Shown: positions 12,071 through 25,190 of the stretch, piece by piece
How positions within the stretch are numbered: the first letter of the stretch is position 1
How the letters are laid out: each line of letters starts with the position of its first letter
Assembly (NCBI RefSeq): GCF_009914755.1
Contig: NC_060938.1
Origin: the human T2T-CHM13v2.0 reference genome, Homo sapiens
DNA length: 64,000 nucleotides
Strand: one strand, 5' to 3'
The notes under the pieces: generated by a model
What the model was told of the DNA's origin: nothing
Database searches by the model: none
What the model saw: the letters and a program-made list of their open reading frames with translations, nothing else
Translations under genes and position numbers: made by a program

Positions 12071-12699
12071 GCTGAGGCAGGAGAGCAAAGTGGTGAAAGC
12101 TAGGAGCTGGAGGATGAAGTTTTCAGTGCTCTGCAGCCTTTTCTCCAGCCAAACCCCTGTCTGTATATTTTGGGATAATAGCCCAATTATATATAGAGTA
12201 AAGCATGGAGTGTTCTATTATTGGGAGTGTGGGGAGGAAAGGTGTGGTGTCTTGGACCACTCCTATTCTAAAAGCATTTAAGACTATCTGATAAGTAATA
12301 CTACCCTCCCAAACACACTGCCTCAGGAAAAGGATTGTGCCAAATCATCGCTAGAAATACATATAATGCATGGGAATAAAACCAACACTGATGTTAAGAA
12401 TATTCCTCTTACTTTGTAAAAGGAACTCCAGAACTTTTCAAGAGGAAAGAGCAGAGTAATAAGGTTTTGCTGAGAAAGCCACCAGGTAGGGCATGGCTTC
12501 TCAAACAGACACGGACATCCTGGTTAGTGTTAAAAGATTCCTGTCTCCTTCCCAAGAGAGAGTTAGAACAAAGGTGAAAATTAGAGCAGAGGAAAGCTGA
12601 TGGGGCTGCCAAAAATTAGGGTACACTTTTTACCAAGGATGCAGAATTACCATGACTAAGGTACTCCCCTATCTGTATCAACAAATATCTTCCTCTCTA

Positions 12700-13865
12700 T
12701 TGTATTCTCTCTTTTCAGAAAATATACAAACACATTCTAATGGTATCTTCCTTTAAAATGAAAATCTCTGTCTAGTTATATCTCTGTTTTCTGCTCCCCA
12801 CCACAGGAAAAATTCCAGAAAATTCCCTGTGTGTTATCTCCATTTTCTGTTACAGTCGACCTTTTGTTTTTCCCATTAAATCTTCAGTCCAGCCTGGCTT
12901 TAGTCCCATCATTCCATTGAAACTGCTCATGTCAAAATCAGCAGTGACCTCCATGTTGCCAAATACAAAGAACAATTTATGTCTTCACTCTTCTACGAAA
13001 CAGTCTCCTCTCTTGACTTCTGTGACTATATCCTCTTCTGGGTATTTTCCCCCTCGGTTATAGTCACTTCTTCTAACTGTCTTTGACTTGTTTTTCCTTC
13101 ATTACCTAAACTTAAATATTAGTGCTCCTTGGGGGTTTGCCTTGTATTCCCTTCACCTTCCTTCATACGACACTAAGTGATGACTATTTTCATTCCCTTA
13201 CTATCTCTATGATACACTCCCTTATTTATATTTTTTGGTACATACATCCTCTCTGAGCTCCAGAAGTCTTCATCCAAGTGCCCACCTGACAGCTCCACTT
13301 GGAAACTTTATGGTCTTCTCAGGCTTTGTATCCTTGAGGCAGATCTCATTTCTTCCTGTGTCTCCCTTTCCCATGTCAGTAACATCTCGGCTATTTAATT
13401 GCTAAGGGTAAAAATCTAAGTGCCATCCTGTATTTGCCTTTGTCCCCTTCATCCTTCACATCCAGTCCGTTTGCATCCTGATTATTTTATCTCCATCAAG
13501 TCTCAGCTCTATCCATGATGCAGCATCTCCATTGCCACCTCCCTATTCCCCCGACCATGCTGCCCTCATGAACACAGTAGACGCTTGGCACATTGCCTTG
13601 CTTTCGTTGCCATTCATCTCCTACCAATTTTCTTTATATTAGCTAAAATAATCTTTTTAAGCCTGTAAATCAAATTCTATTGCCTTTCTGATTCAATATC
13701 TTGGATGAGTTCCCAATGCATTTAGAATATAATCTGGATACCTGCAAGGCTCTAAATGAGAAGGCCTTTCTCTTCAGTTTAGCTAAATCTCGTTCTTGTC
13801 CTTACTTTCTATCCATCAAGTAAATGCTTATCAACATTCTCCATCATAGTTCTCTGTTCATTTCC
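12700..13865 (+). mobile_element. L2 ORF2/3' region
   Basis: L2 motifs cattccattgaaactgctcatgtcaaaatcagcagtgacctccatgttgccaaat and cctctctgagctccagaa..atccaagtgcccacctgacagctccacttgga. Confidence 0.8.
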
Positions 13866-13867
13866 TA

Positions 13868-14338
13868 CATAAGGCATGCAAATTGCACCTGAAAAATATA
13901 TCCAGGTCCTAATCCCTGAAACCTGTGAATGTTGCCTTCTTTAGTAAAAAAGGAATTTGCAAATATGATTAAGGATCTTGAGATGGGGAAATGAGTCTGG
14001 ATTATTCAGATGGGCCCTAAATACAATCACATATGTCCCTATAACAGAAAGGCTGAGGGCAATTTCACCAAAGAAGAAGAGGGGGCAATGTGACCAGAGA
14101 GACAGGAATTGGAATGATGCAGCCACAAACCAAGGAATGCCAGCAGCCATCAGAGGCTGAAAGAGGCAAGCTCTCTCCTCAAGCCTCCTGTGTGTGCAGC
14201 CTTGCTGACATCTTGATTCCATCCCACTGATACTGATCTTAAATGTTTGGTCTTCAGAACTGTGAGAGAGTACATTTCTGTTGTTCAAGCCACCAAGTTT
14301 GTGGTCATTTATCATGGCAGTCACAAGAAACGGATCCA
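13868..14338 (+). mobile_element. MLT1C/D MaLR solo LTR inserted in L2
   Basis: gtcctaatccctgaaacctgtgaatgttgcc, aaggatcttgagatgggga, cagaactgtgagagagtacatttctgttgttcaagccaccaagtttgtggt. Confidence 0.88.
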
Positions 14339-14344
14339 GTCTTC

Positions 14345-14510
14345 ATAATTGATGATTATTTTATCTACTTATTTGTTTACTTATGTTTTCCCTTTTTGGT
14401 TTGTAAACAATGTAAGAGCAGGGACTACATCTGTGACTAGTGCTCACCATTATATGGCCAGTACTCTGCTGTTTGTAAGAGATCAATAAATATTTTGAAA
14501 GAATGGATTA
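14345..14510 (+). mobile_element. L2 3' terminus (continuation)
   Basis: gtaagagcagggactacatctgt...tcaataaatattttgaaagaatgga. Confidence 0.7.
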
Positions 14511-14551
14511 ATTTCTCTTTTTCAATAAGGTGCTGCTGTTTAAAAGACTAG

Positions 14552-14644
14552 ACAAGATAACCTGTACATTATGTATAAGCATGTTCACAATATGTATTAA
14601 ATGTAGCATGTGAAGCAGTGTGCTAAACATTACAAATGCATTAA
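14552..14644 (+). repeat. ~90-bp local direct duplication, copy 1 (copy 2 at 15590-15679)
   Basis: Manual alignment: 9 substitutions plus one 3-nt indel. Confidence 0.9.
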
Positions 14645-14719
14645 AGGCCTTTAATTTGCTCTTGTGTCTAAAGTCTGAGATCTTTAGTAACGTTCAATAA
14701 AGCAGGCAACTTTTCTTCC

Positions 14720-15170
14720 TACCTTATCTCCTTCCAGCCCAAATCAAATCCATCATGACTTCTTCGTCCCCAATCTGTGAATTCTTCTCCAATGCCACTC
14801 CATCTCCACCCTATTACAAACTACTAGAATCTCTTCTAGTACTAGCAAAAACCCTTCCTAACTGGTTTACCTGCTTCTCTTCTTGCCCATTTCTAATATA
14901 ATAATTGCACAGCCATTAGAATAATGTTGTAAAACAGATTTGGTCATACAATCTTATGCTTAAAGTCCAGTAACTTCTTGGACCAAAATCCTTAACATGA
15001 ACTACAAAGTCCTTCATCATCTGTCCATTCCTACTTCCCCATCCTATCACCACAGCATCCCCTTCCCAGTTCTCCACAGCAGGGTGGTTTTAAGTCCTCA
15101 TTATTCATCTTACACCTCTCACTACAAAGCTTTGGAACTTATTTTCCTCTCTCACTTCATTTTATTTTTC
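14720..15170 (+). mobile_element. L2 fragment
   Basis: Pyrimidine-rich L2-like cttcctaactggtttacctgcttctctcttgccc..ccaaaatccttaacatgaactacaaagtccttcat. Confidence 0.6.
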
Positions 15171-15399
15171 ATTCGTTGTTCTGCTTCACTACATCGGGTA
15201 AACTAAGAGGGCATAAGGGCATGATGGTAGAAATCACATTTTAAAAATCATTACTGTAATCACAGAATTTAGCTAGTACAGTAGTAGATTGTCAATAAAA
15301 TTGAGAGTTAAAAATTGTTAGTTAATAAATGGTGATCTCAGTAGAAAATATTTTAATTTTTTTAAAAGACACTTGAATTTTTTTATAATGACTTCAAAC

Positions 15400-15555
15400 G
15401 TTTTAAAGTGTTTTTTATACACTATCACATTTAATACTCCTAGAGGTCCTGTGATAAAGACAGGATAGATCATCCAATTCTTTCCATTTTAAACTATGAA
15501 GAGTAGAACTCTCAGAAGGCTTAAATGACTTAGCCATGATCATAGGACTGGTAGG
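15400..15555 (-). mobile_element. MIR fragment
   Basis: atttaatactcc..cctgtgata..ccattttaaac..ctcagaaggcttaaatgacttagccatgatcata. Confidence 0.55.
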
Positions 15556-15589
15556 TTTAAAAAGGCATAATTATATTATACACAAGCAT

Positions 15590-15679
15590 ACAAGATGACC
15601 TGTACATTATGTATAAGCATATTCATAATATGTATTAAATGTAGGATGTCGAGTAGTATAAACATTATAAATGCATTAA
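15590..15679 (+). repeat. ~90-bp local direct duplication, copy 2, running into an antisense MIR that extends to ~15860
   Basis: Matches 14552-14644; followed by MIR-like caaccctccaaggtaaataccattatattcccattttaagaatgaagaa. Confidence 0.85.
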
Positions 15680-15867
15680 TTCACTCAATCCATAAAACAA
15701 CCCTCCAAGGTAAATACCATTATATTCCCATTTTAAGAATGAAGAAGTTGATTTTTGGTTAAGTAACTATCTCAAAAAAACCACAGTTATTACAAAGGAG
15801 AACTAAGACTTAAAGTTAGACCTCTGTTTTTCAATAGGCCACAATTTTTAACCACTCACCTTGGAGC

Positions 15868-16200
15868 TTTTAATTTGGAGATACATATACAAAAAGTATG
15901 AAAACAATATTTTAAAAATCCATCGACTTACCACTAAACATAAGAAATAAAACATTACAGATAAAAGCCATGTCTCCTAAGTTTCTTACATTCCCTTTTC
16001 TCAGTGGCACAGCTAACTACTTACCAGAGGTTATTTGATCATTTCCATAGCTGTGTTTATATTTTTACTGCACATGTATGTACTCCTAAATAATACACGT
16101 CATTGTTAGTATGTTATATAAATGTTATCCTACTATCTTCTCTGTAATTTTCTTTATGATATTCATTCTTATGAATATATGTAGCTTTTTTTTTCATTTA
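15868..16200 (-). mobile_element. Old L1ME 3' fragment
   Basis: ttttatatttttactgcacatgtatgtactcctaaataatac-type antisense L1ME 3' UTR. Confidence 0.5.
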
Positions 16201-19200
16201 TGCTAGGAGTAATTACACTATAAAGTTAGTTTTATACCAAGAAAACCAACTAGTCTTTCAAGGGGGGATGATTTCTCTACTGTTCTTTCCTATAAATGGA
16301 AAAAAAATGGGAAGAGAAGAGTAGTTTGTATAGTTTTCCTCCCCTCTTTGCTATAATTATCCCAATGTAGCACTGAGGTTGAAAAAAAAGGTAACTGCAA
16401 TGTTCTCCACCAAAACATATCTAATGAGAGCTCTTTAGAGGTTTATGAGGATGCACCTTTAAAGGAGTCCTTTGGAAAATGCCCCAGTAATCCAGATGCT
16501 TCACAAAGCTCCTCTGACAGAACACTAGATCCCTTCTGGGAACAGGAAACTTTCTCTAGCACATCTCTTTAATCCCGCAGAAGGATAACTAAAACCTTGG
16601 TAATATTTTGGATAAAATATTGTTCAGAATGCTTCAAAAACCAGACTTGGAGGGAGTTAAGCTTCTTTGTCAATTAATTGATTGTTAGAAAGAATCAGTT
16701 AGGTGAGAAATAAAACACTATTTTTGAACTAACCAATGGAAGTTGTGATACAAAGAATACCTAGTTGTAAAATCTATAGAACACTCCTCTGGCATTGCCC
16801 TATTTAACTTGGAGAGAGCTTGCTTGCAGGGAAAAAAAAGTGGAGCAGGTGATTATTTCCCATGACAAATGTATAAAACATTTTTTCTTAAATTCTCCTT
16901 AAACAGCTGGTACATTGTATCTGAGTTCTGGGTTGCACTATTAATTCAAAAAGCTTGTAATACTGTTCAGTGGTATGTCCATTGGCTATAATACATTTTC
17001 TAATTGTGCCTATTGCAACTTCTAGTGCAACTTCTCTACTGGTTCTTCCATATTCTAGAAGAATGTACTGGTTATATTGTGAGGCAAAGGCCTATTGAAT
17101 TGAATGTTTATTACATGTCATTCTGTCAATTAATTGAAATGTGTAGTCATTCTGTAGTTTACTATAGGTCTATATATAGCTGAATATTTGTAAAAACATA
17201 AAGAAAATTGGAAATATAAGTAATAATGAACAGTTTCCTTTAAGTACAGGCTTAAACTGAATCTTTGGTTTGGTTCTTCTTTGAGTAATTTTTTTCCTCT
17301 CTTTGCATAATAACATTAAATTTAACTTGAAGATTGACCAGGAAAAAAAAACTAAAGAAGAAGAAGGGAAATTTCCATCCATCTTCAGTAAATTAATACC
17401 AGTAAAAGATGAGTCCAGTATGCAAATCCCTCTAAAGAAACCTGTAAAAACTATTTTTCAGTCTATGTATCTGGAAAGCCTTTTTAAGAAGTCAGGGACA
17501 GGTTGGGTGTGGAAATGGACACAAGACAAACCATTCTGGAAAAGTCAAGTGGATCTTACTAAATATCCCCAAATCAAATATGAGAGTGCTTGGTTCCAGG
17601 CAGCTGCAGGTGGAAATGTGTCCTGACATTGGGCACCAGTGTTTGCTCTTGTCTGGGATGTTTTCACACTTAATTCCCTACCTCCTTCCTGCCTACCCCA
17701 TCCTCTCTCCTCCATTTCTACCCCTTGCAGTCAAAAGAGATTCATACTGGAATGTTGACATGGTGATCTCATTCCAAGGCCCTGTCTATTTAGACACAAT
17801 AATTTAAAGAGGAAATAAAATTGGTCATATTGGGAAAGGAAAACTAATAAAGAGGTTTCACTCAATTGCTTAAAAGGAATAAACTGAATTAAATCTCTGT
17901 TTCATTCCCAAGCTGGTATGTGTATGTAGGCAAAGCCTGGGTAGTAACACAAACTCAACACACTGGGATTCTCAACAAGTAGCTGAATGGTCCTGGTATT
18001 GAGGTTCTTCACTCATAGCTGATGTGAAGCCATTTCTGGGGTGGAATGCGGCAGCTATCTCACAGCTGGCTAACATTCTGGCCTGGTGATGACACCAGGC
18101 AATGACAAATAGCCCATTGAATTTCAACTGTTAGACTGATGAAGAAGGAAGAAAGCAGTCCAAAATAAAATTCAGGTTGGAATCTGGCTAAAGTGTTGGA
18201 ATTCATCATTTCCAATATTAATCAAAGGGGGTCAAAGAGACTGATTAGCCACAGAAATTCAAAATTATAGATTTATCCCTTCAAGAAACTGGATCTGTTT
18301 CCCCAATACATAAAGAGCCAGCAAACGAAAAATTTTGGGATAACTTCTGACAGAAAAACATTTTTAATAAAAGTTAGTTTCATACATATTTTATGGTAGT
18401 AAAAAAACACCTAATGTTTAACACCCACCTGGTGTCAGGCATGGTGTGGGAAAATTTAGATACAAAACCTCACTAAATTGTGACAGAAGTCCAATGAGCT
18501 CCTGTAAGGAGAAATAAAAGCCCTTAGCAATGTCCCAGTTTGGAGGATTACATAGGAAAAACCAGGTTTTTCCAACAACACTAAATGACACTAACCTTGG
18601 CAATGAAATGTTGTAGTGATCAGGCAGTTCTCCCATCTGCCAGAGACAGAGAAGAGCTGTTAAACTTGAGCTGAACTCTGACAACTGCTCTAGTGGGTGA
18701 GATATTAGACAGTCTTAGAGGAACAAAAGGATTCCCCATAACAGTAGTAAGGAAGAGGTTCTTTCCATAGAAAAATTATACAAATTAAGCAGAATTGATG
18801 GATAGCTTTAATAAGATCTAAAGATATTTGATTTGGAATGGAATTAATTGACAGTTCTAAGACCCCCAAATATATTTGCTCTTTGATCTCCAAATCTGGA
18901 TGAAGAATTGTTCTAGTCATCTAAATTGTATTGAATAATGACTTACTATACAATGCAGCGGGAGCTAGACTGATAACCAAAGGTGGTCATTTCTTGCAAA
19001 TAGCTTGCTATATAGCTAATAGGCCCTGCATATTGTGTTAGAACCACCATTCACGATCTCTGTAAGTTCAGCCCTCTCAAAATATGGCATGACATACACT
19101 TGCAAACCAAAAATCCTTATAGATTTGGTTTGTGTGAGGAGGGGTGTAGGGTAGAAGAAGTCTGAGTGAATACTGGGTCTTCTTGACCACCATAGCTAAT

Positions 19201-21162
19201 ATTAAAAAAGATTTAAACCAGCTTCGAATAGCAACTTTTAACCACCACAGTAAATTTCTCCAGTGGACTTTTCTAACCAGACAAATCATCCAGTAACAAT
19301 TACAATATTTAATAGACAAGTAAACTGGGACTCAGCACAATGCAGTGACTTGCCCATTTGTCATGGCTTGCCAGAATCAAGCTCCTCTTTGTTGCATCCA
19401 ATGTGGTTTCTCCTATACCAGTTGGCCCATGATGCCAAACTATTTCTCAACCCTTTTCTGAACCATAATCCATTAATTAAAACCATGGCTTAGTTTATTT
19501 ATGTACTTAAGATTTTAATGGGTTGACCAGTTGCTTCAATGACTGGCTAATTCAAGACAAATGGTCAATCCTATTATAGCCTTAGGTAAATTCAGCTTCC
19601 AAGACTTACCTTCCTGTGTATGATGAATGATGTCAATGTGCAAAGTTGTTTGTCAAAGAATAGTGTGAACTCACAATCAGCCCGTTTGGAAAGATTCTAG
19701 TGACTAAATGATGATGGTGGTGTCAGTGCTTTGGTAGCACGGTGATGAAGAGTTATAGGGCAAATCGAGCCACTTATTACCCCATCTGAGTTCCCCGATG
19801 ATAGAGGGCACATTGTGTTGCCATGCCCATGTGAGATTAAGGTAATCATTTTAACAATAACAGACTAAAGCCATTAGGAAATATTTATTAGTAACTATTA
19901 AGCAATTCCTACCTTTGATTTTGGGCTGAGTGTTGCATTGTCATTAAAGTATACCTGATTTACATGATTTGGATATATTGATATGATCAAGAGCAGAGTC
20001 CTGCATATTGTATGGGAACTACCACTAATGATCTAATTGTTTTGCTCTCTCAAAGCATGGAGCAATATACACTTACAGACCAAGAATCCTGATAGAGTTG
20101 GAAGAAACAACATTTGAAACTCCACGGATAGTCTACTTAATGTCCCTGAAACTATTCACTAACTCATGGTTTTGTAACACAAACATGGTAACCTTATTAA
20201 TGATAACTTATGAATAAGTTGAATTGGAATTGTTTATCTTGGATAATTATCTCAACAATCTGCAGGCTTTGATACCATTGGACCTAAAGTCCAACTGAGG
20301 TGACTATGAGCTTTGGAAGAGATGAATAGATTTTATTACAGTGGATCCTTTCAAATTTCCTGAAATTTGAAAAGTACTTCAAAGAATGAAGTACTTGAAG
20401 ACTGCTTATCTATCTAAAAGATCAATTTATGCCTCTCTTAATCGTCACAAGCATAAAGCTATTAGAAAAGAGAATGAATGAGCACACTGAATGCCAATCT
20501 TACTATTGTCTTAATTAGTAGCAAATAAAAAACTGGCATGACTACTTATCCCTACTTTACCTTCTCCCCTTCACCTAATATACTATTTTCCTCCAAATCT
20601 GCCATATATACTCACCCTTTGCCATTAGATCCCTGGAAATTTCACCTTTTCCATAAAGTCTAAATAGAAGTGTGAAGCTCTAAGTAACCTCCTTGGCTAG
20701 AGGATTAGAGGGAGCAAAGTCATTTTGATTTCTTTATATAACGACTTTCTAAAAAACATATTTGAAAAATATTTAATTAAATTTATTGTAATTTGTTATA
20801 TTTTAATTAAATATTTTTGCTAAAATATTTTTAAAGCTTATTAAAGCACAATATTAAAACTACTTTTAAAAGGTATTTTAAAATATTTGTAATAAACAGG
20901 ATTTAATTCCCTTCTTTAAAATACATGATTTCCCAAATTTTCCTGCACTAAGGTAAATACAGCTCTTAAAAGCATCTAAATAGCTAAATAAGATGGCAAT
21001 ATAATTGTGATTCATATTGACATTTAAGGAAACAATATGGCCTCCTGAGGTTCCTTTAGATATTAGTGTCCAGAGGTCAATGAAATAACCAGCTTGTTGC
21101 AGATCAGCTATCCAAGTCACAGTCTTCATACAACTGTGGTATGGTGATTTGTATACTTATAT

Positions 21163-22378
21163 GTTATTTTTAATTTATAAATAATAATTGTATATATTTA
21201 TGGGGTACAATGTGATGTTTTGATATATCTTTACAATGTAGAGTGACTAAATTGGTCTAATTAACAAATCTGTTACCTCATATACTTATTATTTTTTGTG
21301 TTGAAAACAAAATCTTTTTTATCAGTTTTGAAATTTGCAATGTGTTTTTATTTATTATAGTCACTATTCTGTGCAATAAGTCACTAAAGCTTATTTCTGT
21401 CATCTAACTAAAACTTTGTACCCTTTGATCAACATCTTTCCTTTCCCCAATCCCCTCCCTTTCTGAGCCTCTCGTAACCAATGTTCTATTCTCTACTTCT
21501 ATGAGTTCAACTTTTTTAGATTACACATAAAAGTGAGATCATGTGGTGTATGTCTTTCTGTGCCTGGCTTATTTCACTTAGCATAATATCTTCCAAGTCC
21601 ATTCATGTTGTCACAAATGATGGGACTGTCCCCTTTTATAAGGCAGAATAGTATCCCATTGTGTATATATCCATTTTCTTTATCCATTTATCTGATGATG
21701 AACACTTAGATTGCCACCACATCTCAGCTTCTGTGAATAACCTTGCAATGAACATGGGAGTGCAGATACCACTTTGGCATATTGATTTCAATTTACTTGG
21801 ATATATACCCAGAAGTGGAATCACTGGATCATATAGTAATTCTATTTTTAGTTTACTGAGGAAACTCCATATTGTTTTCATAATTGCTATATTAATTTAC
21901 ATACCCACCAACACTGTGTAAGTGTTCCCTTTTCTCTACATCATTGCCAATACTTATCTTTCATCTTTTTAATAATAGCCATTCTAACATGTGTGAGGTG
22001 ATATCTCATTGTGGTTTTAATTTGCATTTCCCAAATGATCAGTAATGATGAGCATATTTTTACATACTTGTTGGCCATTTGTATGTCTTCTTTTGAGAAG
22101 TGTGTATTTAGGCCTTTTGCCCATTTTTTGATTGGGCTCTTTGTTTCTTGTTATTTAGTTAAGTTCTTTCCATTTTAGATATTAGCTCCTTATTAGATGT
22201 GTGATTTGCAAATATTTTCTCTCAATTTCTACATTGTTTTTCCAATCTGTTAATTGTTTCCTTTGCTGTAGAGAAGATTTTTAGTTTAATGCAATCCCAT
22301 TTGTCTATTTTTGCTTTTGTTGCCTGTGCCTTTGGGGTCATATTCAAGAAATTTCTGCAAAGACCACTGTCATGGAGC
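21163..22378 (-). mobile_element. L1MA (about L1MA5-7) 3' end, 5'-truncated
   Basis: tatatatttatggggtacaatgtgatgttttgata, ctgtgcctggcttatttcacttagcataat, gaggtgatatctcattgtggttttaatttgcattt; ORF 21636-21881 gives ORF2 C-terminal [16 protein letters not shown]. Confidence 0.92.
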
Positions 22379-22384
22379 CTGCAA

Positions 22385-22650
22385 TTCAGCACGCGGCTTC
22401 TAGTGCCATATTGCCTAGATTTTAAATATTTCCTTCATTCTACAAGTAAGTATGCTAAAATAAATAAGCTAACATCTCTGTCTATTTTTCCTCAAATGCA
22501 ACATCAGGGTAATACTAGTGTCTACCTCCTTGGATTATTCTAAATTGGATTTATGCATTATTATATATTATGTATTAATACATACTGTTATAATTAATAT
22601 AAATGAAGTGCTTAGAGTAGTGTCTAACACAAAAGAGCTGTTATTTTTCA
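22385..22650 (+). mobile_element. MIR fragment
   Basis: aacatctctgtctatttttcctcaaatgcaacatcagggtaatactagtgtctacctc..aagtgcttagagtagtgtctaacaca. Confidence 0.6.
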
Positions 22651-23148
22651 CTTGGATATAGTTGGCTTTTCCTCACCTCACATGGGCAGCTTTCACTTGC
22701 CAACTACTTCAGATTCCTCTTCTGATTCACCCATGCCTACACCTCACTCTGACACATAGTACCACAGAAACTCCTTAAAAGTAGAGACCACATCCTTTAC
22801 GTTCTTGGGTTTCCCACATAACCTAGCATTGTATTCAGCATAGGGTGGGTAAAAAGTAATGATTTGTGAAAACAAGTTGTCCTGTTTATCCCTAGACAAG
22901 AAATTGTCTGTCAGCCACCCTTCTCTCTCTGGTGTCTTGATGAGATGACCCTAATGTCACTCTTGAGATTAATTAAACAGAAATAAGCAGCATGACTATG
23001 ATGAAGCCATTAAATCTTATAGGGTGTGATTTGCAATATCTTCATTACTTAGTACTCAGTTAATTATTGGGCGAAAGGAAAAAGGTCAAAAACACATGTA
23101 AAGATAGATGCCAGCTAATAAGCCCTAATATTCAGAGTATGAACTGTA

Positions 23149-23462
23149 ATAATTCCCTTAGCATCCACAGGGATTGGTTTCAGGACCACTGTGGATACCA
23201 ACATTTATGGATGCTCAAGTCCCTTATATAAAATGGTTTAGTATTTCATGTAACCTACATACATCCTTCCATATACTTTAAATCATCTCTAGATTACTTA
23301 TAATACCTAATACAATGTAGATGCTATGTAAACAATTGTTATACTGTACTGTTTTTTATTCCCATTGTGTTTTATTGCTGTATTTTTATTTTTGGGGGTA
23401 TTTTTGATCCACGGTTGGTTGGATCCACAGATATGGAACCTGAGGATATGGGGTATCCACTA
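23149..23462 (+). mobile_element. MER2 (TcMar-Tigger MITE)
   Basis: gggattggtttcaggacc..ggatgctcaagtcccttatataaaatgg..tactttaaatcatctctagattacttataatacctaatacaatgta..ttgatccacggttggttggatccacagat; TA flanks. Confidence 0.9.
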
Positions 23463-24984
23463 TATAATGGTCAAATTACTATTTCTGAAAAATAATAGCC
23501 ACATTAAGAAATGGGATGAAAAGAAATCAAATTACAAATTTCACTGACATATAGCCAAGAATCTAGTCTACCAAAACACCCTCTACCTTAACCAGTTACC
23601 TCCATAATTCTCATACAATAGCCAAAATTAAATACTATTAAAACATGAGGGACAATTCAGTCAATATAGAAAAAATGAAAGGGTAAAAAGTGTTTTTCAG
23701 CAAAAGTTACATCTTTTTACCTCCCTCTGGTTTTTGTTTTTGTTTTTTTCATGTATATAGGGATGGATGAGTGGTAGACCTCTGTATGATATATAGAGTT
23801 TTTCTTCCAACTTAAGTATTCTATGATTCTAACCTTGACCAGACAACCAGAAGCAGACTATATATTATATTTCTCAACTCCTCGTGCTGACATGATCCAT
23901 GGCCATAGAGAAATAAAGTGGGACCAAGGAAAGTAAAAATGAGTCTTTCAGGAGGAGAGCCCTGAGTCACCCATCTAGTACTGATCTAGTAAATGACTTT
24001 AATAACACCTCCAAAGAACAAAAGAAGAATTTTTATACTTAGTCGACCTTATCTTTCCAAGGTTCAGCCAGGCATTTTAGGGCTACAGACAAATAAATGT
24101 GAGAAGGACACAGCCTATATTTTTTAAACTTAAAAATGACATTTTTAAAGGTTCTCTCTAAATCAATGTTTTATAAATTCAATCACTTCAAATGTGTTTA
24201 AAAAGTTTGGTATTTCAAGTAACTCTAGAATGATTCTTTCCACATAGCAAATGATTGGCAGTTCATGTATGTGATTGATATATTCACTTTTGTAATTAAT
24301 CAGAGTCCATCCCTAACAGAAAAAAAAAAAAAAGTGCCATAATGCCAGAGGTTTCTTATCAGGTTTATTCTTGCCTTTGTTTTGTAAAGACTAGGCAAGT
24401 TAATATATGTAAAGCTTTTCAAAAGAGTCTAACAGTTGTAAGCATTCAAGAAACATCAGCTGTTGTTGCTCATGTCTTTTTTCTTTATGGTAGTATGCTC
24501 ATAAATTCCCAAAAATATTCCCTAGTGAGGTGGGTTGGAGAAACCCTCTTTTTAGAGAAAAGCTTGCTTTTCTATGAACCTCTCCTCACTACCAAATTCT
24601 CCCTAAGGCAAATAAAAGCTCTAACTGGAAAAACAGGACTCAAGTAAATTCTTTAGAGGATTTCACAATCAGATTTAGCCCAAGTAATGCATAATTCATA
24701 ATACTGAGTTCATATTTTGGCTAAGACAAAAAGTCAGCTATTAGTCTTACTTATATTAATTTAAGTAGTAAAATCTCACTTGTATTTCTACTTAGCCTTT
24801 TATTGTCAAGTCTAATTACTTACTTAAGTAAGTTTATCTGCCCTGATTATCACCTATAAAAATTAAGAGTTTTATCTATGTTTTTCTTTCAAATTTCACA
24901 AGTTCTTTTGAATTTCAGAAATTTTAACACCTAAACCAATAGATATATTTTTACATGCTACCCGTTCTGATAAAAAGTATAAAG

Positions 24985-25190
24985 GAGGCGGTATAACATA
25001 GAATTAAAAGATGGGTTTTGGAATCAGACACAGCTTTCCCCTTCTATTAATCATTAGGCCTTCAGCACATTCGTTATCCTCTTCCAACTTCAGTTTTCTC
25101 ATTTCTAAGATACTGACAAAAATAGTTAAGAGTTTGTAGAGTTATTGTGGAAAATTAAGTAATTTAAAATAAATGTTCATAGTAAATTCT
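24985..25190 (+). mobile_element. MIR
   Basis: gaggcggtataacatagaattaaaagatgggttttggaatcagaca..cttcagttttctcatttctaa. Confidence 0.6.

Noticed and set aside
17303-17626. 107-codon Lys-rich ORF in unique DNA
   Set aside because: TTG start, no recognisable homology or flanking splice sites; composition follows from A-rich DNA
21636-21881. ORF with L1 ORF2 C-terminal similarity
   Set aside because: Fragment of a dead, truncated L1MA
24818-24833. 16-bp perfect palindrome acttacttaagtaagt; also the AT-only inverted repeat at 5512-5546
   Set aside because: Low complexity and AT-rich; no supporting context
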